From NCBI GenBank assembly GCA_903813345.2, contig CAIIXF020000001.1, positions 24,552,001 through 24,616,000 on the forward strand: 64,000 nt of DNA. Reading direction: 5' to 3'. The notes beneath the pieces are model-generated. The model worked only from the letters and a program-made list of their open reading frames with translations, made no database searches and was not told the DNA's origin. Position numbers and translations under genes: made by a program. Positions 1 to 10,423 of the stretch are shown one piece after another. The DNA is from Owenia fusiformis (taxonomy: Eukaryota). Each line of letters begins with the position of its first letter. Within the stretch, counting starts at the first letter, position 1.

Positions 1-229
1 TATCGACTGAAGTACGGCCATCGTGGAACCTTTATGCGGTTTAGCTACGGCTTGCATTTGTACGGGCTGTAAAAAGTGAATACGCCGCACGGAGACTTCA
101 AGACAGCCGTAGTTTTCCTACGGTCGCTGTAGAAATTTACCGATTTCAGGGAACTGCGACCGACGTGTGATCGTCACAGAGCAAATGTACTGACGGATGT
201 TTTAAAGGATACAATAATCAGGATACATA

Positions 230-1283
230 ATATACTGACAACCTAAAATGAAAAATTTGCGGGAGATTTTTTGAAAAATTGCGGTACTTTTACGGAAGGC
301 TTTTTTAAAATCCGGTAGATTTTGCGGGAGTTTTTTTTAATAAGGCGGGAGCTTTAACGGGAAAAAACTAGTTTTACGGTAGATTTTGATAAAAACGGTA
401 GTTTTACGGTAGATTTTGAATTGCGGTAGTTTTTTACGTTAGCTATTTTAAAAAGGGTAGTTTTCGCAGTAGATTCTAAAAAACGTGAGATTTTCAAAAA
501 ACGGGAGTCTTTGAGGTAGATTTAAAAACAGGAGTTTTTCCGGTAGGTTCTGAAAATTTAATGCGAATGCGCAAAAACCAAACCTAATAAAAATGGAACC
601 TTGCCCAAATTGCCCCTAGGGCCAAATCGAGTAGGGATCAGGTCCGGGAATCGGGTTGTGCCCGATTGTGTTCAGTGATTGCATTTGGTGTAATCTCAAG
701 TTGGAGAAAGTTAGTGGTGTATATTGGTATTTCATTTTGGAAGTGTTTTATAGATTGTGCCTGGATTTGTGTTTTATTGGTTTGTTGTATCAGGTTATGC
801 GTCCTTCACTGATCATAACAAACTCATTAACCCAATCACGAAAACTATAAACGCTATAAAAAGTAGTTCTAATCATTATTGTCATCAGGTTTTCACTAGT
901 TTTGTATCATATAATCACGTGAACAATCATGAGCACGTGTGCTTTCCTGCGAAACTGAGAGTAAAAGAAAGAAGTGTGACTCCAATAATCACGGTCACTT
1001 TGAAAATACAGTAGATTTCGACAGCATAAACGGGAGATTTTACGGGAGCTTAACCAAGAATACGAGAGATTTCGCGGGAGATTTCAGAAAAAATACGGGA
1101 GATTTTACGGCCATTTTCACAGGAAAAAACGAGTTGAGAAAAAATAAATTACGGGAGATTTTAGTAGATATACGGTACGGGAGTTTTTACGTGGGTGATA
1201 ACAATACGGGAGTTTGTTATGTTTTACGGAAAAACAAAAAATTACGGGAGATTCCAGTAAAAAATGGGAGGTTGACAGGTCTG
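230..1283. mobile_element. Non-autonomous DNA element (hAT-like right end) with arrays of subterminal CGGGAG/CGGTAG motifs
   Basis: The right end GGGAGGTTGACAGGTCTG is the reverse complement of CAGACCTGTCAACCTCCC; a degraded counterpart CTGACAACCT lies near 235. Many TACGGGAG/TACGGTAG motifs occur at about 255-550 and 1030-1270. The TSD is not clean. Confidence 0.4.
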
Positions 1284-1529
1284 TAATATAGTACTTCTAT
1301 TACTGACCACACTTTAGATTAGATATTAAATACAACTGCAGAACTGACTCAAATTAGTCCCATGATCAAGAGTAATAATATCCTTCTATTGATTACTGTA
1401 CATTCCTTCCACAAATGGCAACCGAAAGGCCCTATATTGGGTAGCGTATAAAAGCTTACTTATATTTAAATCTTAATTTTGTCTTGTTGAAAAATGACAT
1501 AAGATGAATTTTCAAACATCTTCATATAA

Positions 1530-1672
1530 GGCCTCGGTCATATTTGCTCTATGGCGGCCGTAGCTTCACAAAATTGATATAGAAAATCTCTATCATACGC
1601 AATGCGTATATTTTATGCTGTATATTTCTCCCGATAAGCAACGGCTGACGAAGATCAAATGTGACTGAGGCA
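1530..1672. mobile_element. Short PIF/Harbinger (Tourist)-type MITE
   Basis: Imperfect TIRs GGCCTCGGTCATATTTG ... CAAATGTGACTGAGGCA with TAA and TTA flanks. The same terminal motif recurs at about 44294-44392, 47545-47563 and 56840-56860. Confidence 0.55.
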
Positions 1673-2568
1673 TTAGGGACCTTACTTTAACACACGATCA
1701 GAGTGGGGACTTCAGGATGCTAAACTTTTGTGGGAGAATATTTTTAATTTACAAACAATGTCATATATAGATTTAGTGACTGTGAAATATATTTCTGATC
1801 CAATTGTGAAATTTGTACAAGTGAACACTTTTAAAGTAGAGCGAAAGTGAAAATCGTAATCATTTTTGTTATTGACATTTAAAACCGGAACATTGCTCTT
1901 CACTTTGCCATTCAATGCGTGATCCCCGAATTACTCACTTATAAGACAATGGGTATTTAGATAAAAGTTCGGCTAATAGGTGCTTGTATCGAAAGTTCTT
2001 TCAATAAATGTAAAAGGTTATACATCTATAACGATGGAGCCTTATATTAACAAAGTCCATTATTTATGAAACAAACTATATCTTAATGTTTTTCGTGGCC
2101 TAAAGAATCGTGCATGCAAAATAATTGTGGATGTGGTTTCTATACATAAATGATGACTGGGAAGCAATGGCTTTCATTTAAAGTGTCGTTTTCGAGACCG
2201 ATAAATCAAGTAGTATCTCAATTCAAACAGAAACGAAACAGAAAATTAAAACAACTGGCCTGGTTCACACAATTCTTTTCTCGTTGCGATCAAATGATCA
2301 TGTGTGGTTCTCATTCACATGTTCGACAGGCCGAAGAACGAAACTCATGATCTCGTGTGAGGCAGATATCTGCACCCGTAACATGCAGTTACTGTTTTTG
2401 CGTGTCTCAAGCATTTCTTTTTTCAAAATGGGTACCATATTTCTTCCTCCAAAGTAAGATAAGGTATAGTCGATTAGAATCGTACATATAAATTCGTGAT
2501 TGTAATGGTCTCATTTATCTTACTATTCTTTGCAAAAAACAAACAAACATATTTTTGCCGCAATATTT

Positions 2569-3561
2569 TCATTTTTCATACTTGTCAGAATAATCCAAAC
2601 CCAACGCTCCTTGGTTACGTAACGCCCTTTTATCACCAAAACCTCGTTTGTCTCCAAAACCGCGTTTGTCTCCAAAACCCCTTTTGTCTCCAAAACCCCT
2701 CTTCTGTGATGCTGGAGTTTGCCCATCATCAGATTCCAAAGATTCTTCATAAAATGTTTCAGCAAGATGTTGATCTTTATTTGATGCAAGTGATTCTTTT
2801 AAGGTAGGTGTATTGAACAGATTTGCTTCTAGTTTGTGGAGTAATGTTATAATTTTCTGGTCCATAGATCTATATCTAGGTGCGGTAAACAAGTTACGCT
2901 TATCCCCGAATCCCCTCTTATCTCCAAATCCCCTTTTATCACCGAATCCCCTTTTATCACCAAATCCACGTCTCTCAATCATGGATGACAAATATGTGGT
3001 ATAGGCGTTCGAAAATGGCACACCGTCCCGTTTGTGATTGATTGAATTTTTCGTCTCATCGTAAAGTTGTTCTTCTTTAAGCAATAATCTTGTTAACATT
3101 CTCAAATAGTCTAAATCATCCGATGTTACGCCAAATATGTGTTCATTGTCACCTGCTCGTTTGTCACCAAATCCACGTTTATCTCCAAACCCCCTCTTGT
3201 CACCAAATCCCCGTTTATCTCCAAAACCTCTTTTGTCTCCAAAACCACGTTTATCTCCAAACCCCCTCTTGTCACCAAACCCCCGTTTATCTCCAAAACC
3301 TCTTTTGTCTCCGAATCCCCGTTTATCACCGAAACCTCTTTTTTCGTCATTCGCAAGCTGGAATTCGTTCAAGTAATCATTTGTATGATGTCCTTCCAAT
3401 TTACTGAGATTCTCCGCAATTTGGGTCTTCAGAAAGTGTTCTATGGTGCCTTCGAGTTTAACCTCCTTCGAGGTAACTTTTTGTTGTTCTTGTAATGTCC
3501 TTGCTCGTACATTGGTCAGCTCCGCTATCAATGTGACACAGAGCAGACAGATCGTCTTCAT
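2569..3561 (-). CDS. Achatin-family (GFGD) neuropeptide precursor, 330 aa
   Basis: Hydrophobic signal-peptide-like N-terminus MKTICLLCVTLIAELTNVRA. 18 copies of GFGD in blocks of 10+4+4, each bounded by KR or RR convertase sites, with no amidation Gly. Gly-Phe-X-Asp tetrapeptides are the achatin family (achatin-I GFAD; octopus Ocp-1 GFGD). The ORF-track start at 3615 is a GTG immediately after a splice acceptor (pyrimidine tract ...TTCCAG), so the ATG at 3561 is preferred. Confidence 0.93.
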   Translation of the reverse strand: MKTICLLCVTLIAELTNVRARTLQEQQKVTSKEVKLEGTIEHFLKTQIAENLSKLEGHHTNDYLNEFQLANDEKRGFGDKRGFGDKRGFGDKRGFGDKRGFGDKRGFGDKRGFGDKRGFGDKRGFGDKRGFGDKRAGDNEHIFGVTSDDLDYLRMLTRLLLKEEQLYDETKNSINHKRDGVPFSNAYTTYLSSMIERRGFGDKRGFGDKRGFGDKRGFGDKRNLFTAPRYRSMDQKIITLLHKLEANLFNTPTLKESLASNKDQHLAETFYEESLESDDGQTPASQKRGFGDKRGFGDKRGFGDKRGFGDKRALRNQGALGLDYSDKYEK

Positions 3562-4500
3562 GATTGACCGCGCTTTGGCTCGACCCCTCGGCTCACGACT
3601 GGTGCTACAAATCACCTGGAATCAAATGGAAATGAAAGGATACAACAAAGAATTTGATCAAGTGAATATCAATTCCTCGAGAGGAAATATTTGGGATAAA
3701 GCAGAGAAACATATATTAAGTATTTATTTTCAATAATTTCTCAATGGCCTCGAAAATCATTTGTTGTACATGGTTGTACATAGGTCGCATGATAATCCTA
3801 ACTACCCATTTTTGAATCATGGGTTTATATTTCAATAGTTTTATGAGATTATAATAGAGAACGTTAGTATTTCGTATTGCTGTCTATAAATAAGCATTGA
3901 TAAAGCATTTCACATCGTTGAAGTAATCCAGTAATCTGCTATGATGTAGTCACACGTTAATTAGACTGCAAGAATTAACGTCAAATGTCATTAATCAATG
4001 TTTTAGATTATAAACAGACATAATCATTAATTGTAGCAAACGCATACTAATCCTATATCTATATTGTCTTATTATCACGTTTTCAATATTAGTGTACATG
4101 TAGTAAGTCACTGTGTGTCTAAGCCGTCAAAGAAGACGAACTTGGTACATAACAAATGCATTTGAAAATACAGTATTTTGAAAATAGACGAATCATACCA
4201 CCCGCATTGTATCTACCCCCTTTACTATACCACTTAATAGATGAAAAGTGATAAATAAGAATACATTAAAACTATGCAAGCTACCGTCATCTCGTCTTTA
4301 GAAACTACACATATTGCATATATTATAAAATAATCATTTTGTTTAATTTTGGCCTTTTACTTCAATACTGATGATTGCCAGCTTATTCCAGTAATTTTTG
4401 GTAATGGGGAAATGTTAAGTTAAAACTGATCAGAAGCCGTTTAATGAGATCAATTTCGCGTTTAAGAATCTCACAAAAAATTGCAAGAAAACGGTCTTAC

Positions 4501-4590
4501 CTTGTGGCCAAACGGCTCCGTAGCCCAATTGATGGAACAAGTCTTGTTAGCTTCCCTTCACTTCTCTGCGTTACCTTTTCGTGCAATCAT
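4501..4590 (-). other. Putative non-coding first exon of the achatin gene (intron 3616-4500)
   Basis: Strong minus-strand donor CAAG|GTAAGA at 4501/4500 pairs with the acceptor TCCTTTCATTTCCATTTGATTCCAG| at 3616. It lies just downstream of a TATA-like box. The 5' end is approximate. Confidence 0.6.
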
Positions 4591-4603
4591 TCAGTCCCTG
4601 TCT

Positions 4604-4690
4604 GTTATATACCAACATGTGATGTCATGAATATTTCAGAGAGTCAACAAAGAATCCCGCCGCGTAATGAGGACGCTCTCTTGACGCAAC
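4604..4690 (-). promoter_or_regulatory. Putative achatin core promoter: TATA box plus CRE/ATF-like sites
   Basis: Minus-strand TATATAA at about 4605-4611, TGACATCA at 4620-4627 and TTGACGCAA at 4681-4689, all just upstream of the putative first exon. Confidence 0.5.
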
Positions 4691-6905
4691 TAATTTAATT
4701 AATTCTGCTTTCTTCACTTATTAATGTCTTAAAGTGTGGGCTAAGTAATCACCACAATTTATTGTTCTATAATACTTATCATAAATTAAATATGTAGTCA
4801 TTGTGTAGATTATTAAAACAGCCCCTAAGGGTGAAGTAGATCTATAGAAGGGATAAATAACGCTAATTGAACACAACGGAAAATTAATCAAAACCCTGGT
4901 TACATCCATAACAGACTACAGAGCATTAAAAAGACAATAACTTACAAAATATTACTTTCTAGGATTTCTACTAGAGATCAATTCCTAATCCGGTAGATGT
5001 TGATTTTCAATCAAACGCGGATAAAAGTAGGCCTGTGCTCTAATCCTTGAACGTCATAAAGTTGCAAAGAATAGTCTGATAATAAATATAAAGATTATCA
5101 TTCTATCGCATTTTAAATCTTTCTACGGATGCATTTTACTCGGACGTAATAAAATACATAGCGTTCTTCTTTTACTACTCAATAACTATTTCATGAAATG
5201 TAAAATACAAATCTGCCAAACAAAGCTTCGACTGTTCGCCCAGGAAGTTTTTCAAGAGGACTTTTAGAAATTGTTTCAAATCTGAAAACTGAAACTTTTT
5301 CTTTGAATATGGATACTTTATTTAATGTTCTGTTTTTTGGGATGGATATGAATTCACTATTTATTTCGGTCATATTTTATTCATTTATTTGAATCGCCTT
5401 TGAAAAAGCAGAACACAAATACAATTGTAAATGGTTCTTCCAGACATCTAAATTAACAATACATTTAAAGAATCAGTTTAAAGGCATAATAACTAAAATA
5501 TCTTATCGGGTCTGGGGGTTAATTACACATTTATTAATAGCTTCTACTTGTCCCAACTGGACTGCATGCTGGATTGCATTTTTGTATTACCATATGATGG
5601 GATTGTCTACCGTGGGTAGCATGCTATTTTTCATCAAGACACTGAGAAAACTTCAAAAATTATTATTAAACTCACGTTTCTAAAATATAACAACAATAAA
5701 TTATCTACTCCATGCAATGGGTATATCATTTTCGGGTATCTTTATTCTTATTAATCATCAAATATTCATTTATTCCAAAAGTAAATTGGACAAACTAAAT
5801 GGTTACCTTTGATTATAACATTAGCAGCAATTTTGAAAATAATGAGGAAAGGGAACACGTTAACAAAACATACTGTTTGTCATTGTTCTGTTATGTTGTT
5901 ACACGATTTATCATGTTCATTATGATGCTCAGTCATTGAATAGTTCACCTTGACCAGAGGTGTGTCTATAGGTTAAATTGTTTGCAAGGCTATGATGGAT
6001 AGGAGATCTAGATGTATTGAGTCTTTTCAATTTTTGTTATTAAAATCAATGTTTCAATTTTTTGTCCACCGGAGCAGTTCCAAATGTGAAATGCATTAAG
6101 ATTACTAATATTTCTTTTGCAACTACACTTTACAAAGGGGTTTGACACATGTATGAGTTTAATTTGTGAAGTTTTCTTGGGTTTATATGAAAAAGGTATG
6201 CTCTCCGGTGTGCAAATCTTTCGATCGCATCCCGTGATAACATTTTTATAAAAGTATTTCTATCTTTACCAAAGAAATGGCACACAATCGGTCAGACAAA
6301 AGCCTATGTTAGTTCGTGTCTCACATTTTGATCATATAGAGTGCATATTCCATAATTTTTACTTTTTAATCAAAAACAACCTGATCAAGTTTTGAACTTA
6401 AGCTTTTGCCCAGGTAGGGCTTTTTGGTCAGGTAGTTTTTAAGAAGTTCTAAAAATATCCGGGAATAAATAGCGGACCTCTAAATAAATTCATATAGACA
6501 TCTAAATAAAATCAACAGCGAGACACCTGAACATTCCGAATCTCATCAGAAAACAATCATCGATTATTAGAACGATTCAACATTGGAACATTCTTGGATA
6601 TATATCCTATATTTGGAGTTATACTAGATTTCTCAACTGCAAATAAGTAAATCCATTTTGTAAAAAAGTTGCAAAAACAAAACGCCTACAGTGCTACTCG
6701 CCAATCTTTGACCTTTTCACTAGATGAGAGGGGAGTGGAAAGAGCTTTACGTTTTTCGAAAGTTTCTTAAGGGCATTTCAAAGCTTTTATAATAATAGAC
6801 CCTCTCCCATTTGCATGTGACCCCGTATTTTTCACTAAAGTAGTGGATTATGTAATTAAGGCACAATTTAGCAGTTCTTCCATAAAACTATGGATATGCT
6901 TACAT

Positions 6906-8075
6906 AACCAGAACAACGGCAACGCCAAAGCGTAGCGAATCCCATCGAACATTTTTCAAAAGGGAATATTCTACCAAAAGTGTCATTAGACAGTGTGCCA
7001 TGCTTATAATATTCACATACCAAATATGAACAAAATCACTCCACTTCTTTTCGAGTTATAGTAAAATACGTTAAAATGGTGGCCATTTTGAAAAATGGCC
7101 GCCTTCTACCAAAAGTGTCATTAGACAGTGTGCCATGCTTATACGTATTCACGTACCAAATATGAACAAAATCGCTCCACTACTTTTCGAGTTATAGTAA
7201 AATAAGTTAAAATGGCAGCCATTTTTCAAAATGTCCGCCATTTTTCAAAATGGCCGCCTTCTACCAAAAGTGTCATTAGACAGTGTGCCATGCTTACAGT
7301 ATTCACATACCAAATATGAACAAAATCGCTCCACTACTTTTCGAGTTATAGTAAAATACGTTAAAATGGCGGCCATTTTGAAAAATGACCGCCCTCTACC
7401 AAAAGTGTCATTAGACATTGTTCCATGCTTATACGTATTCGCATACCAAATATGAACCAAATCGCTCCACTACTTTTCGAGTTTTAGTAAAATAAGTTAA
7501 AATGGCAGCCATTTTTCGAAATGTCCGCCATTTTTCAAAATGGCCGCCTTCTACCAAAAGTGTCATTAGACAGTGTGCCATGCTTATAGTATTCACATAC
7601 CAAATATGAACAAAATCGCTTCACTACTTTTCGAGTTACAGCAAAAATCGTAAAATAACGAGTAAAGGCCGCCATTTTTCAAGATGGCTGCCATGTGCTT
7701 TTTTAATATCTACATTTCTAGCTTTATTAATGTCCTATATAATTTTTTTTACATTTAAAACATATTGCTATTACAGTTTTACATATTGCACCTAAATTAC
7801 TGTAAAATCGGCACTAAAATGGCCGCCATTTTTAAATGAGCGGACATTTTGAAAATCGGCTTTCGAGCAGAACTTCTACCCCCATAGGGTATATATGTAC
7901 AAAATATGAATAAAATCAGGCCAACGGTATTTGAGTTATTGCCCGGACGGACGGACGTACGTACGGACGGACGGACGGACGGACGTACGGACGGACGGAC
8001 GGACGTACAGATGGACGGACGGACGGACGGAGGCGTTCCCTATATCCCTCCGAACTTCGTTCGATGGGATAAAAA
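6906..8075 (-). mobile_element. Helentron-associated non-autonomous element (HINE/DINE-1-like) with internal tandem repeats and a GGAC microsatellite
   Basis: 12-bp subterminal inverted repeat ATCCCATCGAAC (6939-6950) / GTTCGATGGGAT (8059-8070) with an adjacent partial inverted copy at 8044-8055. Small stem-loop GCAACGC-CAAA-GCGTAGC near 6919-6937. About five tandem units of ~135-155 bp (6965-7690) and (GGAC)n at about 7945-8030. Confidence 0.8.
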
Positions 8076-8484
8076 GCCAAAATAATAGTGAAATTAATAC
8101 TATATCAAGTCATTTGGGAATCGAACCCAGCCCAAGGAATGATAAGTTCCATGGTGTTAGCCTACACAACTTGCTGGATATTTGTATAATCACATCACAT
8201 TATTTTTGACTTTTTACCAAAGAATTGCCCTCTGCTTTCACAATGACAGACTCTCATTGAGCTGAGTAGCATTAAATGTTTGTTGATGTACACTAAACTT
8301 TCAGGTTGGTGCATCATCAGAAATCATAGTCTGGTGGAAAGTTCCTGAGTCATACAACATCATTTTCCCTCATTATTATGCTAAGTGGGATTGCCAGAAA
8401 GCATAGTCAGGTTGGATATCCAAGTGTTCAAAATCAAAACACTATTATATTATCAGTATAATTAGTTTAGTGGATACAAACATA

Positions 8485-9425
8485 CAGGGTGGTCCAAAAA
8501 GTGAACCCATGCAACGGGCCATATTTCCCTTATTATCTTCAGGAATCCTTTCATATTTTCACATGTTGTAGAGGAAGGTCTAAAATTTTTGTTGGTACCA
8601 TACATTTTTCTTAGTCTTAAAATTTGCAGAAATTATATGCCCTAACCAAATATTACTGAAAATGGATAAAATTTGATTTTCAACATCCGCGATTCTTTAA
8701 CCCTACAACAACCTTCCCCTGACAATTGCTTTAGCTGCAGTCTTAAGAACGAACATTTTCTGATTTTGTTTTGTTTTGAATCATGTAGCATCCAACCTCT
8801 GCTAGTTGCAAAGATATTGTGATCAAAAGAAATGTTCTAAGTTTCCTTAGACGAAAATTTTTCCCGGTGAAATCGCAACATGCCCTCCCTATATGATCTT
8901 GAAAAGTCAATATCTTCATTAATCATTGACGAATTCTAGTGAATTATGGCTCAAAACATTGAATAGATTTTCTAAAGATTTTTGATGAAGAGCTTCTCAG
9001 AATACTGGTCACAGGGGGCAACGTTGCCCCTCTCTATCCATTTGTGTAGGTAACATGCCCCTTAACTGTTGAACAATTAAAACTGCTTTGAAATGATCAA
9101 TGCAAGTGTGAAATGAGTTTTCTGCTCAAAAAGTATCCCATTTGTCACATGGTCATATTTATCTCTAACTGAAAGCTGTTTTAAGAATACCTAACATGTT
9201 TCAACAATTTCCATGAATTGCACTGGTAAAATTTTGCACAATCTAATTTTCAGGCATGTTTGTTTAAGTCTTGTAATTTCTTCAAAATTTAGGACTGAGA
9301 ATAAACTTTCGCATCAATAAAATGTTTAGACCTTTCTCTACAACATGTGATAATATGAGGCAATTGATGCAAGTATTAAGAAAAATATAGCCTATTGCAG
9401 GGGTTCACTTTTTTGGACCACCCGG
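8485..9425. mobile_element. Tc1/mariner-type MITE
   Basis: TA|CAGGGTGGTCCAAAAAGTGAACCC ... GGGTTCACTTTTTTGGACCACCCGG|TA. Imperfect inverted similarity extends well over 100 bp inward. No ORF. Confidence 0.85.
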
Positions 9426-9713
9426 TATATCAGAGACCAAACCCATACCCATGTTGTCAATTTACTATGACATATTGGACTGCAAATCTCCATAATTTGT
9501 TTTGTGAACCAGGATATCTCATTTCTTGGAGGAATAGCTATCCAATATATTGAAGTAGCTGAGAGCCATTTAGAGAGAATCTAGACAGAAAATTGCTGAA
9601 ATCCATATGCTCACCACAAATAAGCATAGACATTTTACAAGAGGAGGTACAACGTTTCAGAACTGTAATATGTAAGTTAATCTACAAATCTAAAGGAACG
9701 CTATGTCTTATAG

Positions 9714-9983
9714 TGTTATATTGGGCCTTCCTACGTTATGGGATGTTGTTATATAAAATCCAACATAAAATGTTAAATGATGTTCCAATATTTATTAATG
9801 TTCAGGATAAATCCTACGCTAGTTGTAAAAGTTACATGTTGATAATATTGTTATATTGGGCCTTCCTACGTTATGAGATGTTGTTATATAAAATCCAACA
9901 TAAAATGTTAAATGATGTTCCAATATTTATTAATGTTCAGGATAAATCCTACGCTAGTTGTAAAAGTTACATGTTGATAATAT
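9714..9983. repeat. Near-perfect 135-bp tandem duplication (2 copies)
   Basis: TGTTATATTGGGCCTTCCTACG...GTTGATAATAT is repeated directly. This explains the internal repeat of spurious ORF 9593-10039. Confidence 0.9.
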
Positions 9984-10423
9984 CATGTTTGTTAGCTCAA
10001 AAGCTAACGGTTTTAAGTGTTAATTTAGAATTTCGATAGCAAGTTATGTATTTTTGAAGTCTATATCTAAATGAAATGTTAATGTTGCTTAAACCAAAAA
10101 TATCCGAAAAGAGATTCTATACTGAAAAGATGCTATCTTAACCAGATTCAAAAGAATGTTAAGACCGCCTCTTTTCCATATAAGGAATGCTAACGAAAGT
10201 AACACTCTTAAAATTTGAACCATACAAGAATAGTTATATAAAGCACTAATTGATTAATTTATTTTCATAGTACAGGGTGGTTAATTTAATTTAATTTGGT
10301 ATTTCATAAGTTAAAAGTTATTATAAAGCCTATCAACCAGGGTCCACAATACAAACGATGTCATTTTCGTTTCAAAACATTTTTTTCAAAAACTTACAAC
10401 ATACACATATCACCCCTTGGCAT

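Noticed and set aside
3562-3615. 18-residue N-terminal extension of the achatin ORF in the ORF track
   Set aside because: It starts at a GTG that is the first codon after a splice acceptor; the signal peptide begins at ATG 3561.
2496-3736. Several overlapping ORFs with SPNP/SPKP, LETK or CLQN repeats
   Set aside because: They are antisense or shifted-frame shadows of the 18-bp GFGDKR repeat.
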